Positions 17,393 through 27,142 of a stretch of 64,000 bases of DNA are shown here, one piece after another. Origin of the DNA: an uncultured Actinomycetes bacterium (GTDB taxonomy: Bacteria; Actinomycetota; Acidimicrobiia; Acidimicrobiales; RAAP-2); the NCBI GenBank assembly GCA_903924205.1, contig CAIYAP010000006.1, forward strand, positions 106,567 to 170,566. The letters are read 5' to 3'. The notes below the pieces were generated by a model. The model did not search any database and had not been told where the DNA came from. It saw only the letters and a list, made by a program, of their open reading frames with translations. Both the position numbers and the translations under genes were made by a program. Numbering within the stretch: position 1 is the stretch's first letter; every line of letters starts with the position of its first letter.

Positions 17393-20300
17393 ATGATGAG
17401 CGATTCTTTTGTTCACTTGCACAATCACACTGAGTTCTCCATGCTCGACGGCGCGGCGCGAATTGAGGACATGGTTCTCACCGCGCAAGCCGATGGTCAA
17501 ACGGCCATCGCCATTACCGACCACGGGAACCTCTACGGCATTTTGGACTTCTACAAGACCTGCCGTAAGTACGGTATGAAGCCCATCATCGGACTTGAGG
17601 CTTACATGGCAGCGGAGTCTCGGTTCGAGCGCCCCGCCCTACGTGGCCGTGTGAGCGATGACATGGGTGGCGACGCCGAGAACGGTGAAAAGCAGTACTA
17701 CCACCTCTCGGTGTACGCCGAAAACAATGTGGGCTATCGCAACCTCATTCAGCTGAGCTCCTTAGCCTTCCTCGAGGGCTATTACCGCAAGCCGCGAATT
17801 GACTGGGATCTGCTGAGCCGGTACCACGAGGGCCTGATTGCCACCACCGGATGTTTGGGTGGTGTGGTGCTGCAGGCATTGATGCGTGATGACTACGAGC
17901 GCGCCGTGAGCTTGGCCGCTCGCTTGCAGGACATCTTCGGTAAAGACTCGCTCTTCGTGGAGGTGCAGGACCATGGCATGCCGGAGCAGCGTCGCACGAA
18001 CCCCGAGTTAGTGCGTCTCGCTAAGCAAATCGGCGCACCGCTGCTCGCCACCAACGACATCCACTACGTGCGTCGCGAAGACGCCACCATGCACGATGCG
18101 TTGCTGTGCGTCGGTACCAACTCTCTCATCAGCGACGAGAAGCGATTTCGTTTTTCGTCAATGGACCACTATCTGCGCAGCGCTCAGGAGATGCGGCACC
18201 TCTTTGCCGAATTGCCCGAGGCCTGCGACAACACCTTGTGGATTGCCGAGCGAGCGAATGTCGATATCTCGTTTGACAACGAAGCATTGCCGCAATTTCC
18301 CATTCCGGAAGAATTTGGCGGCGACACGCACGGCGAGCGTGCCAATGCGTACTTGCGCCATCTGACCTATGAAGGTGCCCGCGAGCGCTACGGCCAGGAT
18401 TTGCCGGGGCACGTAGTCGAACGTCTCGAATACGAACTCGGCGTCATTATTGAGATGGGTTTTCCGGATTACTTCCTGGTGGTGTGGGACCTGATTCGTT
18501 ACGCCCGCGACGCCAAGATTCGTGTCGGTCCCGGACGTGGCTCGGCCGCGGGTTGCTGCGTGGCGTACTGCCTGCGCATTGTGGACGTGGACCCCATCCA
18601 CTACGGCTTGATCTTTGAACGATTCCTGAACCCAGGCCGTAAGTCGATGCCCGACATCGACATGGACTTTGACGACCGCTATCGCGGACAGATGATCAAA
18701 TACGCTGCCGAGAAGTACGGCTCTGACCACGTGGCCCAAATCGTTACTTTCTCCACGATTAAGGCGCGAGCCGCCGTGCGTGACGCAGCGCGGGTGCTCG
18801 GACTTCCGCCCATGTTGGGCGACCAAGTAGCCAAGGCCATGCCGCCACTTCTGATGGGCAAAGACGTCCCGCTGGCGGCATGTTTGACCCCGACATCGGG
18901 TTACGAAAATCGCTATGCCGAGGCGCAGGGGCTGCGCGACATGTATGAAAGCGACCCGCAGGTTCGCCAAGTCGTCGACGTGGCGAAGGGGCTCGAGGGC
19001 AAGCGCCGTCAAGATGGCATTCACGCGGCAGCGGTCGTGATCACCCGTGAACCGGTGACGGAATACGTACCCATTCAGCGGAAGCCGGGCGTGGGGGAGG
19101 ACCCCACTGACGCGCCCATCGTCACCCAGTTTGAAATGCACGGCGTCGAAGAACTCGGGCTCCTCAAGATGGACTTCCTTGGTCTGCGCAACCTCTCGAT
19201 TATGGAGCGGTGCTTAGACCTCATCGAGCGCCGCACCGGCGAACGCATCGATATTGACAACGTGCCCATCGATGATGAGGACGTGCTCGCCATGCTTCGT
19301 CGCGGCGAGTCGATTGGCCTGTTCCAGCTCGAGTCTCCCAACATGCGTGCCCTGATGCGTCGTTTGGCGCCCACCAGCTTTGACGACGTAGCCGCCCTCG
19401 TGGCGCTGTATCGCCCGGGCCCCATGGGTGAAAACGTGCACAACGACTATGCGGACCGAAAGAACGGTCGCCAACAAGTCTCCTATGAGCACCCTGACCT
19501 CGAGGCGGTATTGGGTACCACCTACGGCTTGATGATTTATCAGGAAGACATCATGCGCGTGGCGCAAAAGATTGCCGGTTACTCGATGACCGAGGCCGAC
19601 AACTTGCGTAAGGCCTGCGGCAAGAAGATTCGCGAAATGATTGCCGCCGAACGCGAGAACTTTGTGGCTGGCGCGGCCCGAACTGGCTATGGCGAAGAAC
19701 TGGGGACTTTGCTCTTCAACAAGATCGAACCCTTTGCTGATTACGCCTTCAACAAATCCCACGCTTTCGGTTATGCACTCATCGCGTACCAAAACGCGTG
19801 GCTCAAGGCGCACTATCCCGTGGAGTTCATGTCCGCGTTACTGACCAGCTTTCGTGACGATAAGGACAAGACCGCTCAGTATCTGTCAGAGTGCCGTGCC
19901 ATGGGCATCACGGTCACCGTGCCGAACGTGAATGACTCCTTCGCTGACTTCGCCCCCAGTCGTTCACTCGACAACACCATCAGCTTCGGAATGGCGGCGG
20001 TGCGTAATGTTGGCGAGAGTCTGGTCGACAAGATCGTGGTGGAGCGCGAAGAAAATGGGCTCTTCGAGTCCATCTACGACTTCGTGCGCCGCGTTGACCC
20101 GATTGTGCTGAATAAGCGCTCGATGGAGTCGCTGATCAAGTCGGGCGCTTTCGACGTCTTTGGACTGTCACGCCAAGGCCTACTTCTCATCCACGAAGAA
20201 TTGGTGTCGTCGACCTTGGATCGTCGTCGCGACATTCAGCAGGGTATTTCCAGCCTCTTTTCCATGCTCGATGACAGTGCGGGGGACTGGACCGGCACCG

Positions 20301-20959
20301 AGATTGCGGTGCCGACGGCGGAATTTGACCGCACGGCGCGCATGGGCTTTGAGCGCGAAATGTTGGGACTCTTTATTAGCGATCACCCCTTGGCGGGCCA
20401 CGAAGCCACTTTGGCGTCGATGATCGACTGTTCGATCGCCGACTTGCGTGCCGAGTTCGACGACAACAACAATGGCGGCGCCATTATTCGCGAAATTGGC
20501 GGCCTGGTCGTCGACCTCAGCGTGAAGACGGCTCAAAGTGGCAAGCAGTTTGCCAAAGTGGTCCTGGAAGACCTCTCGGGTGTCATTGAATTCATGGTCT
20601 TTGGCAAGACCTTCACTGAGTATGGCCACCTCCTCGGCAAGGACGCCACGGTCGTGATCAAGGTGCGCTGCGACGAACGAAATGACGAAATGCGCGTGAC
20701 GGCCCTTGACGTCAAGGCGGCGAATTTGTCGGGAGCCCCCGTATCGACGCTGAGGCTCAAGATGGTGGGCCGACTGGCGCAGCCGTCGGGCATCAGCGAA
20801 TTGAAGGCACTGCTGGGGCAATATCCGGGAGAGACACCGGTGATGTTGATTGTCGAGACCACGCGTAAGAGCTTCCAGTTGGGTCCCGAATTTGCCGTTG
20901 ATTTACCCAAGGTGGTCGGGCCGTTACGGTCTGCCTTTGGCTCAAACTGCATCGCCTAA
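17393..20959 (+). CDS. dnaE: DNA polymerase III alpha subunit DnaE
   Basis: About 1188 aa. PHP-domain N-terminus HLHNHTEFSMLDGA, then polymerase core and OB fold. A GAAGGAGG ribosome-binding site precedes tandem GTG/ATG/ATG codons, so the exact start is within 17390-17396. Confidence 0.97.
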   Translation: MMSDSFVHLHNHTEFSMLDGAARIEDMVLTAQADGQTAIAITDHGNLYGILDFYKTCRKYGMKPIIGLEAYMAAESRFERPALRGRVSDDMGGDAENGEKQYYHLSVYAENNVGYRNLIQLSSLAFLEGYYRKPRIDWDLLSRYHEGLIATTGCLGGVVLQALMRDDYERAVSLAARLQDIFGKDSLFVEVQDHGMPEQRRTNPELVRLAKQIGAPLLATNDIHYVRREDATMHDALLCVGTNSLISDEKRFRFSSMDHYLRSAQEMRHLFAELPEACDNTLWIAERANVDISFDNEALPQFPIPEEFGGDTHGERANAYLRHLTYEGARERYGQDLPGHVVERLEYELGVIIEMGFPDYFLVVWDLIRYARDAKIRVGPGRGSAAGCCVAYCLRIVDVDPIHYGLIFERFLNPGRKSMPDIDMDFDDRYRGQMIKYAAEKYGSDHVAQIVTFSTIKARAAVRDAARVLGLPPMLGDQVAKAMPPLLMGKDVPLAACLTPTSGYENRYAEAQGLRDMYESDPQVRQVVDVAKGLEGKRRQDGIHAAAVVITREPVTEYVPIQRKPGVGEDPTDAPIVTQFEMHGVEELGLLKMDFLGLRNLSIMERCLDLIERRTGERIDIDNVPIDDEDVLAMLRRGESIGLFQLESPNMRALMRRLAPTSFDDVAALVALYRPGPMGENVHNDYADRKNGRQQVSYEHPDLEAVLGTTYGLMIYQEDIMRVAQKIAGYSMTEADNLRKACGKKIREMIAAERENFVAGAARTGYGEELGTLLFNKIEPFADYAFNKSHAFGYALIAYQNAWLKAHYPVEFMSALLTSFRDDKDKTAQYLSECRAMGITVTVPNVNDSFADFAPSRSLDNTISFGMAAVRNVGESLVDKIVVEREENGLFESIYDFVRRVDPIVLNKRSMESLIKSGAFDVFGLSRQGLLLIHEELVSSTLDRRRDIQQGISSLFSMLDDSAGDWTGTEIAVPTAEFDRTARMGFEREMLGLFISDHPLAGHEATLASMIDCSIADLRAEFDDNNNGGAIIREIGGLVVDLSVKTAQSGKQFAKVVLEDLSGVIEFMVFGKTFTEYGHLLGKDATVVIKVRCDERNDEMRVTALDVKAANLSGAPVSTLRLKMVGRLAQPSGISELKALLGQYPGETPVMLIVETTRKSFQLGPEFAVDLPKVVGPLRSAFGSNCIA

Positions 20960-21004
20960 GGGTTGTGACGAGGGGGTATCGCCGCTCGCCTAGAATGGTC
21001 TCCT

Positions 21005-21676
21005 ATGGCGATGACCGTCATCACGAAAGACACCACCGCCCTCTCCGACATTGAATTGTCAGAGATGGCCGACCTCTGTGCGAACGGCACGGTTGGTTTT
21101 GACGTCGACTATCTCTCTGAGCAGCGCGAACAGTGGGTTCTCATTTCCCTCGCCCGCGAAGGCGCCAAGTTGCGTGGCTACTCATTTATTACGCTCGAGC
21201 GCATCGGGGGAACGCCCGCCATGCTCATTGGTCCCGCTCTCATCGATCGCAATTCCAAGTCGGACCAGACTCTGAAGGCGCTCCTCACGGACCAGTTCCG
21301 GCGTGCCTTGCTGGCTTTCCCCGACGAGGATGTCCTCCTGGGTGCCCGCCTCACCACGGCTGATGGTTTCCGCGCCTTTTTGGGCTGCTCGGACATCGTT
21401 CCGCGCTCCGGTTACAAGCCCACCGGCGAGGACCGCGCGTGGGGTCGTCGCCTGGCGAAGCGCTACGGATCAGAAAAGGCGATTGATGACAAGACGTTCA
21501 TCATGTCGGTGGCCGCGCCGGTGGTCGGTGGACTGGACTACGTCTCGTCGAAGGGTGTTTTGCCCGACGGGGCCGCGGATGCCTTTAAGGGCGTGAAGTC
21601 TGCCAAGGGCGAGCGCCTCGTAGTTTTCGGGTGGGCGATGGCGGAGCACCTCGCCGCCGGCAAAATTCCGAAGTAG
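21005..21676 (+). CDS. Hypothetical protein (223 aa), no confident family assignment
   Basis: Long ORF with coding-like composition. A TAGAAT hexamer at 20991-20996 lies 8 nt before the ATG, so the mRNA may be leaderless. Confidence 0.55.
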   Translation: MAMTVITKDTTALSDIELSEMADLCANGTVGFDVDYLSEQREQWVLISLAREGAKLRGYSFITLERIGGTPAMLIGPALIDRNSKSDQTLKALLTDQFRRALLAFPDEDVLLGARLTTADGFRAFLGCSDIVPRSGYKPTGEDRAWGRRLAKRYGSEKAIDDKTFIMSVAAPVVGGLDYVSSKGVLPDGAADAFKGVKSAKGERLVVFGWAMAEHLAAGKIPK

Positions 21677-21677
21677 A

Positions 21678-22397
21678 TCAGCCGCGCGGCAAGAGGCCTG
21701 TGCACAGTTTGTAGCAATGGCCGTCCATCGGTCGACTCAAGGTGGCCAGCACGTAACTCGGGCGATAACCCAAGGCCGTCGCTAATTCCTTACCGCTGAG
21801 GACGCTCTCGCGAGTGGCGTCCAGGGCACGAATGGCGTGCGGGTCTTCACACAGCAACCAGACGTCGTCTCGTTCCCATCCAAAGCGCACCCACGTCGTG
21901 CCGTCATCTCGACGACGTAGCAACTGTGGTCCACGATCAGCAACGATGACGGCGGTGCTGGGCCGCTCACCACGAAACTCCCAGTAGGGGTGCGACGGGC
22001 CACGAAAACCGAAGAGAGGACCATCGGCCGGAGCCGTGATTGCCTCAAGCCAGTGTCGAATCTGGCGCCCCTTGAAGGTGCCGAGGTGTCGGGGCAGGGT
22101 CGCCAAAGTGATGGCTTCGGGTTGCGCGAGGTCATCATTTTCGGGGTCGTCCGCAATCACTGCTTCGGTCACGCCAAACAAGGTGAGGTCGCTCTCGACG
22201 CCGGTGGGCCACGGTACTCGCCATCGCACGACGGCGCCCGAGGCGATATCGATGACCGTCGTGTCCTCGGTCGTCGATCCGAGGACGAGTCCGTACATCG
22301 TCGCGCCGGGCGACAGGTCGGGGTGCTCGCGAGGGGTGATGCTCTTGACGAGACGCCGGGTCTCAGCGAGAGCGCTGTCTCGGCGCAGTCTTACCAC
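21678..22397 (-). CDS. Hypothetical protein (239 aa, or 206 aa from the internal ATG at 22298)
   Basis: The GTG start overlaps the stop of the upstream DUF255 gene by 7 nt, suggesting translational coupling. I recognise no motif. Confidence 0.55.
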   Translation of the reverse strand: MVRLRRDSALAETRRLVKSITPREHPDLSPGATMYGLVLGSTTEDTTVIDIASGAVVRWRVPWPTGVESDLTLFGVTEAVIADDPENDDLAQPEAITLATLPRHLGTFKGRQIRHWLEAITAPADGPLFGFRGPSHPYWEFRGERPSTAVIVADRGPQLLRRRDDGTTWVRFGWERDDVWLLCEDPHAIRALDATRESVLSGKELATALGYRPSYVLATLSRPMDGHCYKLCTGLLPRG

Positions 22398-24391
22398 GAG
22401 ACCATTCTCTCTCGAACGGACGCCACCTGAGCGCGAAGCTCGTCGCCCGTCACCGCGGGCATGAGGCAGGTGGACCCTTCGCAGAGGTAGGCCTCACCCG
22501 CACGACGATCGGTGAGCCATGGTGACGGCCCGTCGCCTCGAACCCGAATGACCTGGGGCAGCCACACGTCGTCGGCGATCGCCGCGATGTCGGCCGATCC
22601 CGGCGTCACGATGACGAGTGGCTGATCCAAGGTCTGAACGGCCAGGGCTAAATCCGGCACCGTCACCGGATGCTCGATGAGCAATGGTTCGGCTAGGAAG
22701 CGCAGGTGACGCGCCACCGCGAGAACATGTGGGTTCTCCGCCAAGTGGGCGTAGCGAGCCAACGCTTCGGTAGCCATGGCGTGACTCGACGGCGTTGCCC
22801 CATCGAAGATTTCCTTGGCACGGATAGGAAGGTCGGTGTTTCGAATGTCGCTATGGCAAATGCCGTGTCCGCGGTGCGCGATAGTGGCATTTGGCAGATC
22901 ACCCTCCCAAAAGTGCGTGAGTAGGTAGGTGATGACATGCTCTGCCCGTCCGAGTTGCGACGTGTCACCGGTGACCTCGAAGGCCACGCAGTAGGCGAGC
23001 GCAAGCCACGCGATGTCGGCGGCGGTGGCGAAATGCTGACGAGCATCAGTGCGCCACCACGTGACGCCATCAAAATGGCTTACCGGGAGTTGCGCGAGGA
23101 CCTCGAGAGCAGTGTGGACGTGCCGAGGAGTGGGGCTTCGCAAAATGGCCACAATGGCCATTGCGTTCCACTCCAAAATGATCTTGTCATCGATGGTGGG
23201 CTGAGGGCGGGTGTCGCGCATCTCTCGTACTCTCGCCACGGCGGAGGCGAGCTCCGCGGGTACGGCAAAGGTTTCGCCGCCCGCCAGCCGTGGCACCGAT
23301 CGACCGTGATCGTCGCCCTCGCCGCCGGGGGCAATCTGATAGCGGGCACAGAACATTGCCGCCTCATTTTCCGGCAAGATGTCAGCGATCTCTTCCGCGG
23401 TCCACGTGACGTGACGGCCCTCGCCGTCGGCGGTGTCGGCATCGAATGACGCCACGAACCCGCGGGGGGTCAAGAATTGAGTCAGCATGGTCTCGGTGAG
23501 TTCGTCGGCGACGAGCGCCCACTCGCGATGAGTCGCTACCGCAGCCGCCTCGCGGTAGCACTGGGCCAGCAGTGCTTGGTCGCTCAGCATCTTCTCGTAA
23601 TGGGGGACACGCCATTCCGCATCGACGCAATAACGAGCCACTCCACCTGCCAGGTGGTCGTAGAGGCCGCGGCGCGACATGACGTTCAAGGTGTCGGTAA
23701 TGACGTCGGCGACTTCCGGGCGATCCCACGAGGGCAGCAGGGCGCGAATATACGACGGGCGGGGAAATTTCGGGGCGCCGGAAAATCCACCATCGGCATC
23801 TGCGCGTTCGAGTAATTGGCGTGTCAACGTCGCGCGAATGTCACTCACCGACGCACCGGGGGAACCCACCTCCAGCCGGTCGATGTAACGGGTCTCGCGC
23901 TCGACCGCTGTCACCACCGAGGCTGCTTGCTCTTCGACGGTGTCTCGTTGGTATTCCCATGCTTCATGCATGGCGGTGAGCAGTCTCGGCATTCCGGGCT
24001 GACCAGGTCGGTCGTCGGGCGGGTAGTAGGTGCCGGCCATGAAAGGTCGCGCGTCAGGAGTGAGGAACACCGTCATGGGCCAGCCCCCGTGGCCACCGAT
24101 GGCCTGGGTCGCGGCCATGTAAATCGCGTCAATGTCGGGGCGCTCTTCGCGATCGACTTTCACGGCAATGAAGTGCTCGTTGATCATCGCGGCAATCTCG
24201 GGGGATTCGAAGGATTCGTGGGCCATGACGTGACACCAATGGCAGGCCGCGTATCCCACCGACAAAAAGATGGGACGATCGAGCTCGACCGCCTTCGCGA
24301 AAGCCTCCGCACCCCACTCGTACCAGTCAACGGGATTCTCGCCGTGCTGACGAAGATAGGGACTTGATGAGTTCGCGAGGCGATTCGTCAT
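22391..24391 (-). CDS. Thioredoxin-domain protein, DUF255/YyaL family (thioredoxin-like N-terminus plus six-hairpin-like C-terminus)
   Basis: 666 aa. N-terminal SPYLRQHGENPVDWYEWG and GYAACHWCHVMAHESF are hallmarks of the DUF255 family. Confidence 0.85.
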   Translation of the reverse strand: MTNRLANSSSPYLRQHGENPVDWYEWGAEAFAKAVELDRPIFLSVGYAACHWCHVMAHESFESPEIAAMINEHFIAVKVDREERPDIDAIYMAATQAIGGHGGWPMTVFLTPDARPFMAGTYYPPDDRPGQPGMPRLLTAMHEAWEYQRDTVEEQAASVVTAVERETRYIDRLEVGSPGASVSDIRATLTRQLLERADADGGFSGAPKFPRPSYIRALLPSWDRPEVADVITDTLNVMSRRGLYDHLAGGVARYCVDAEWRVPHYEKMLSDQALLAQCYREAAAVATHREWALVADELTETMLTQFLTPRGFVASFDADTADGEGRHVTWTAEEIADILPENEAAMFCARYQIAPGGEGDDHGRSVPRLAGGETFAVPAELASAVARVREMRDTRPQPTIDDKIILEWNAMAIVAILRSPTPRHVHTALEVLAQLPVSHFDGVTWWRTDARQHFATAADIAWLALAYCVAFEVTGDTSQLGRAEHVITYLLTHFWEGDLPNATIAHRGHGICHSDIRNTDLPIRAKEIFDGATPSSHAMATEALARYAHLAENPHVLAVARHLRFLAEPLLIEHPVTVPDLALAVQTLDQPLVIVTPGSADIAAIADDVWLPQVIRVRGDGPSPWLTDRRAGEAYLCEGSTCLMPAVTGDELRAQVASVRERMVSW

Positions 24392-24774
24392 GCGGAGGTT
24401 CCTTTGTACGTTCCGAAGGCCCAGAGATTTCCTTCGATATCGGCCACGGTGGCTTGACGCTGTCCCGGGGGAGATTCATGGACCGGGTCGACAAGCCGTG
24501 CGCCCTCTCCTAGTGCCCTCTCGACGAGGGAATCCACATCGTCCACCACGACGTAGATGCCGGCAGATCCTGGTGTGAGCGCCCACGTGGAATCCTCGCG
24601 ATGATCGCCGAGCATGAGTCCCGACCCACCGGGTGTCGACATTTCAGCGTGCGCAATAAGGTCGCCGTCGCGAACCAACATGGTCGTGGTGAATCCGAAG
24701 GCCCGCTCGTAAAAATCCATGAGCGCGGCGCACTTTCGAGACCGCAAAGTGGGCCACACGGTGGGGAGCGACAT
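24388..24774 (-). CDS. VOC/glyoxalase-family protein
   Basis: 128 aa from the ATG at 24774. The sequence FYERAFGF...HAEM...IYVVVDDVD...VADIEGNLWAFG fits the glyoxalase/bleomycin-resistance fold. ATGA overlap with the DUF255 gene. Confidence 0.7.
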   Translation of the reverse strand: MSLPTVWPTLRSRKCAALMDFYERAFGFTTTMLVRDGDLIAHAEMSTPGGSGLMLGDHREDSTWALTPGSAGIYVVVDDVDSLVERALGEGARLVDPVHESPPGQRQATVADIEGNLWAFGTYKGTSA

Positions 24775-24813
24775 GTCGTCAGTGTAGGGGTGTGCCTCTT
24801 CTACCCTTGGGCT

Positions 24814-25581
24814 ATGGACATACGCCTCGATAACCGTGTCATCATCGTGACGGGAGCCTCGCGAGGTATCGGATTGGCCACCGCGCAGTTGGCGGTGCAG
24901 TCGGGTGCGCGAGTGGTGCTCACGTCGCGAAAGCAATCCAACTTGGACGAGGCTGTCGCCAGTTTCGGAGACGCTCAATCGCAGGTGTTGGCCGTCGAGG
25001 CGCACGCGGGCCGATCGGCTGATGCCGATCGCGTCATGGCGACCACGCTGGAGCACTTTGGGCGAATTGATGGTCTCGTCAACAATGCTGCCACCAACCC
25101 CTATTACGGCCCACTCGTTGATATCGATGACGCCCGCATGGCTAAGACGGTGGAGACTAATCAGTCATCCATCGTGTATCACTCACGTGCCGCCTGGCAC
25201 GCGGCCTTCGCCGAGCATGGTGGCGTCATCGTGAATGTGGCCTCGGTCGGTGGGCTCGGCCCGGAACCAGGCATTGGGTGGTACAACGTGACGAAGGCAG
25301 CGGTGATTCACCTCACGCGCCAACTGTCGTGGGAACTCGCGCCTCGCGTGCGCGTGAATGCCGTCGCGCCCGGCCTCGTTCGGACGGAATTGGCTCGAGG
25401 CCTATGGGAAGAGCGCGGTGAGGAGATTGCGTCTCAGATTCCTCTTCGGCGACTGGGTGACGTGAGCGATATCGCCGAGTCCATCGTGTTTCTCCTGTCG
25501 GACGCCGCGTCGTGGATAACGGGTCAGACCCTCGTCGTTGACGGGGGAACGACTACTCAACCGTCAGGCGGAGTGGGCTGA
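24814..25581 (+). CDS. Short-chain dehydrogenase/reductase (SDR)
   Basis: TGASRGIG cofactor motif, NNAA, and the catalytic YNVTKAA (YxxxK). Start taken at ATG 24814. Confidence 0.9.
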   Translation: MDIRLDNRVIIVTGASRGIGLATAQLAVQSGARVVLTSRKQSNLDEAVASFGDAQSQVLAVEAHAGRSADADRVMATTLEHFGRIDGLVNNAATNPYYGPLVDIDDARMAKTVETNQSSIVYHSRAAWHAAFAEHGGVIVNVASVGGLGPEPGIGWYNVTKAAVIHLTRQLSWELAPRVRVNAVAPGLVRTELARGLWEERGEEIASQIPLRRLGDVSDIAESIVFLLSDAASWITGQTLVVDGGTTTQPSGGVG

Positions 25582-26707
25582 TCGCCACGGCGTCGCGCAG
25601 GGCGTCATATCTCACTTTTCCGTTTGCCGTTCTCGGTATTGAGTCGAGAACGACCAGTGCCTTCGGTTTAGCGGCCACGCCAAACCGCTGCTGCAAGACC
25701 GATCGAGCCTGCGCCAACAATGCCTGATGGTCCCCGCCGCCCGTGGTCACCACCACGAGACGCTGGCCCCACTGAGGGTCAGATTCACCGATGGCGACCC
25801 ACTCACGATCGCTGTCGAGGTGGTGAAGAACTGACTCGAGGGCAACCGGCCACAGCTTTTCGCCGCCGCTGTTGATCACGGTGCTGAGCCGTCCGGAGAC
25901 CCGTAGCCGCCCGTCGGTGAGGGACGCGCCATCACCGGTGGCTAACCAGTCCATGCGCCCATCGGGCCCCATGGTCAGATCTAAGGGTCCGTGGCGATAC
26001 GCGCGCGCCAGCGTGGGGGCACGCACCAGCAGTTGTTCGCCGTCAAGGGCGAGGTCGACGCCCGCCAGCGCAAGTCCGTCGTAGACGACACCTGAGCCAG
26101 TCTCCGTCATGCCCCAGGACGTCACCACATTCGCTTCGCGAACGTCCGGCGCTGGTCCGGCGCCGACCAGCACGCGCTCGTATGCGCTCAAATCGTGACG
26201 GGCGAGCAAGGTCGTCACCACGGCGCAGTGTGTGGCCCCTCTTGCGGGCCCCCTCGCGACATCGTCCGTCGATCCGATGATCAATTTGTCGCCCCCGAGA
26301 AGGGATCGCAAAATCACCGCAAGGCCACCGACGTGAAAAGCAGGCAAACAGGCGTACCACGTCGCGTCACCACCCGTCGTGAGTGCTCGACTGGTCATCG
26401 ACGCCGACGCCGCCAGGGCGTCAAGAGTGAAGATGGCGGCTTTGGGCGTCCCCGTCGATCCCGAGGTGACCACCACGGCGGCATCACCAGCTTCCAATTG
26501 CCGTCCCGCAGGGTAAGAGTGGCGCCCCTCGTCAGTGACAATGGAGGTGGGCGCGATGGCATCGAGAAGGATGCGGCGCCGCTCGGGCGAATCACGCGGA
26601 TCGAGGACCGTGAAGGCCTGCCCTGCATCCAGGCAGCGCTCAATTTCCTTTACGAGCGTGATGCTCAGTGGCACATCAAGGGCAACGAGCTCAGTCATCA
26701 TCGTCAC
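25553..26707 (-). CDS. menE: AMP-dependent ligase, probable o-succinylbenzoate--CoA ligase MenE
   Basis: TSGSTGTPKA and WGMTET adenylation motifs and a C-terminal ANGKV. Short 384-aa form, as I recall for actinobacterial MenE. Lies within the men gene neighbourhood. Confidence 0.7.
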   Translation of the reverse strand: MTMMTELVALDVPLSITLVKEIERCLDAGQAFTVLDPRDSPERRRILLDAIAPTSIVTDEGRHSYPAGRQLEAGDAAVVVTSGSTGTPKAAIFTLDALAASASMTSRALTTGGDATWYACLPAFHVGGLAVILRSLLGGDKLIIGSTDDVARGPARGATHCAVVTTLLARHDLSAYERVLVGAGPAPDVREANVVTSWGMTETGSGVVYDGLALAGVDLALDGEQLLVRAPTLARAYRHGPLDLTMGPDGRMDWLATGDGASLTDGRLRVSGRLSTVINSGGEKLWPVALESVLHHLDSDREWVAIGESDPQWGQRLVVVTTGGGDHQALLAQARSVLQQRFGVAAKPKALVVLDSIPRTANGKVRYDALRDAVAISPLRLTVE

Positions 26708-26750
26708 ACTATGGGGGCCTCAGTAGTGTCGGAGACGCAAAGGAGAACCG

Positions 26751-27140
26751 GTGGCGACAATCAGATACGAAGAGCGGATCCAGGCACCGGCGGATGCCGT
26801 ATGGGCGATTGTGTCCAAGGCAGATTCCATCCACGAATGGTTCCCGGGTATCACCTCGTGCACCGTCGAAGGAAACCACCGCACGATTCATGTCGCTACG
26901 GGAATTTCGATGCCGGAACGCATCATCGCGAATGACCGCCTGCAGCGCCGCTTTGCGTACCAAATTGAAAGCCCCCTCTTTCAGATGCACCTCGGCACTA
27001 TCGATGTCATCGAGCTGTCACCGACCGAATGCCTGTGCGTCTATTCGACCACTGCCGTTCCCGACGTCTTCGCTCTCACTATTGCGGGAGGCTCTCGTGG
27101 CGCTCTCACTGAAATTCGCCGATTGGCAGAAGGGAACTGA
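26751..27140 (+). CDS. SRPBCC (START/polyketide-cyclase-like) ligand-binding protein
   Basis: 129 aa. The pattern I..PADAVWAIVSKADSIHEWFPGI is typical of the SRPBCC N-terminus. GTG start with an AAAGGAG ribosome-binding site. Confidence 0.65.
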   Translation: MATIRYEERIQAPADAVWAIVSKADSIHEWFPGITSCTVEGNHRTIHVATGISMPERIIANDRLQRRFAYQIESPLFQMHLGTIDVIELSPTECLCVYSTTAVPDVFALTIAGGSRGALTEIRRLAEGN

Positions 27141-27142
27141 GC

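Noticed and set aside
18158-19141. 327-aa minus-strand ORF inside dnaE
   Set aside because: It is fully antisense to an unambiguous 1189-aa DnaE and has no recognisable motifs. Spurious long ORFs like this are typical of high-GC DNA.
20963-20996. Possible -35/-10 promoter (TTGTGA ... TAGAAT) for the 223-aa hypothetical gene
   Set aside because: The TAGAAT hexamer is well placed for a leaderless transcript. The only -35-like hexamer is 22 nt upstream, which is too far. I mention it in the gene evidence but do not call it as a promoter feature.
24775-25056. Upstream extension of the VOC-family ORF, and the mirrored 24601-24813 extension of the SDR ORF
   Set aside because: The two extensions overlap each other on opposite strands and show no domain similarity. 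The internal ATGs at 24774 and 24814 give family-typical N-termini, including MDIRLDNRVIIVTGASRGIG.
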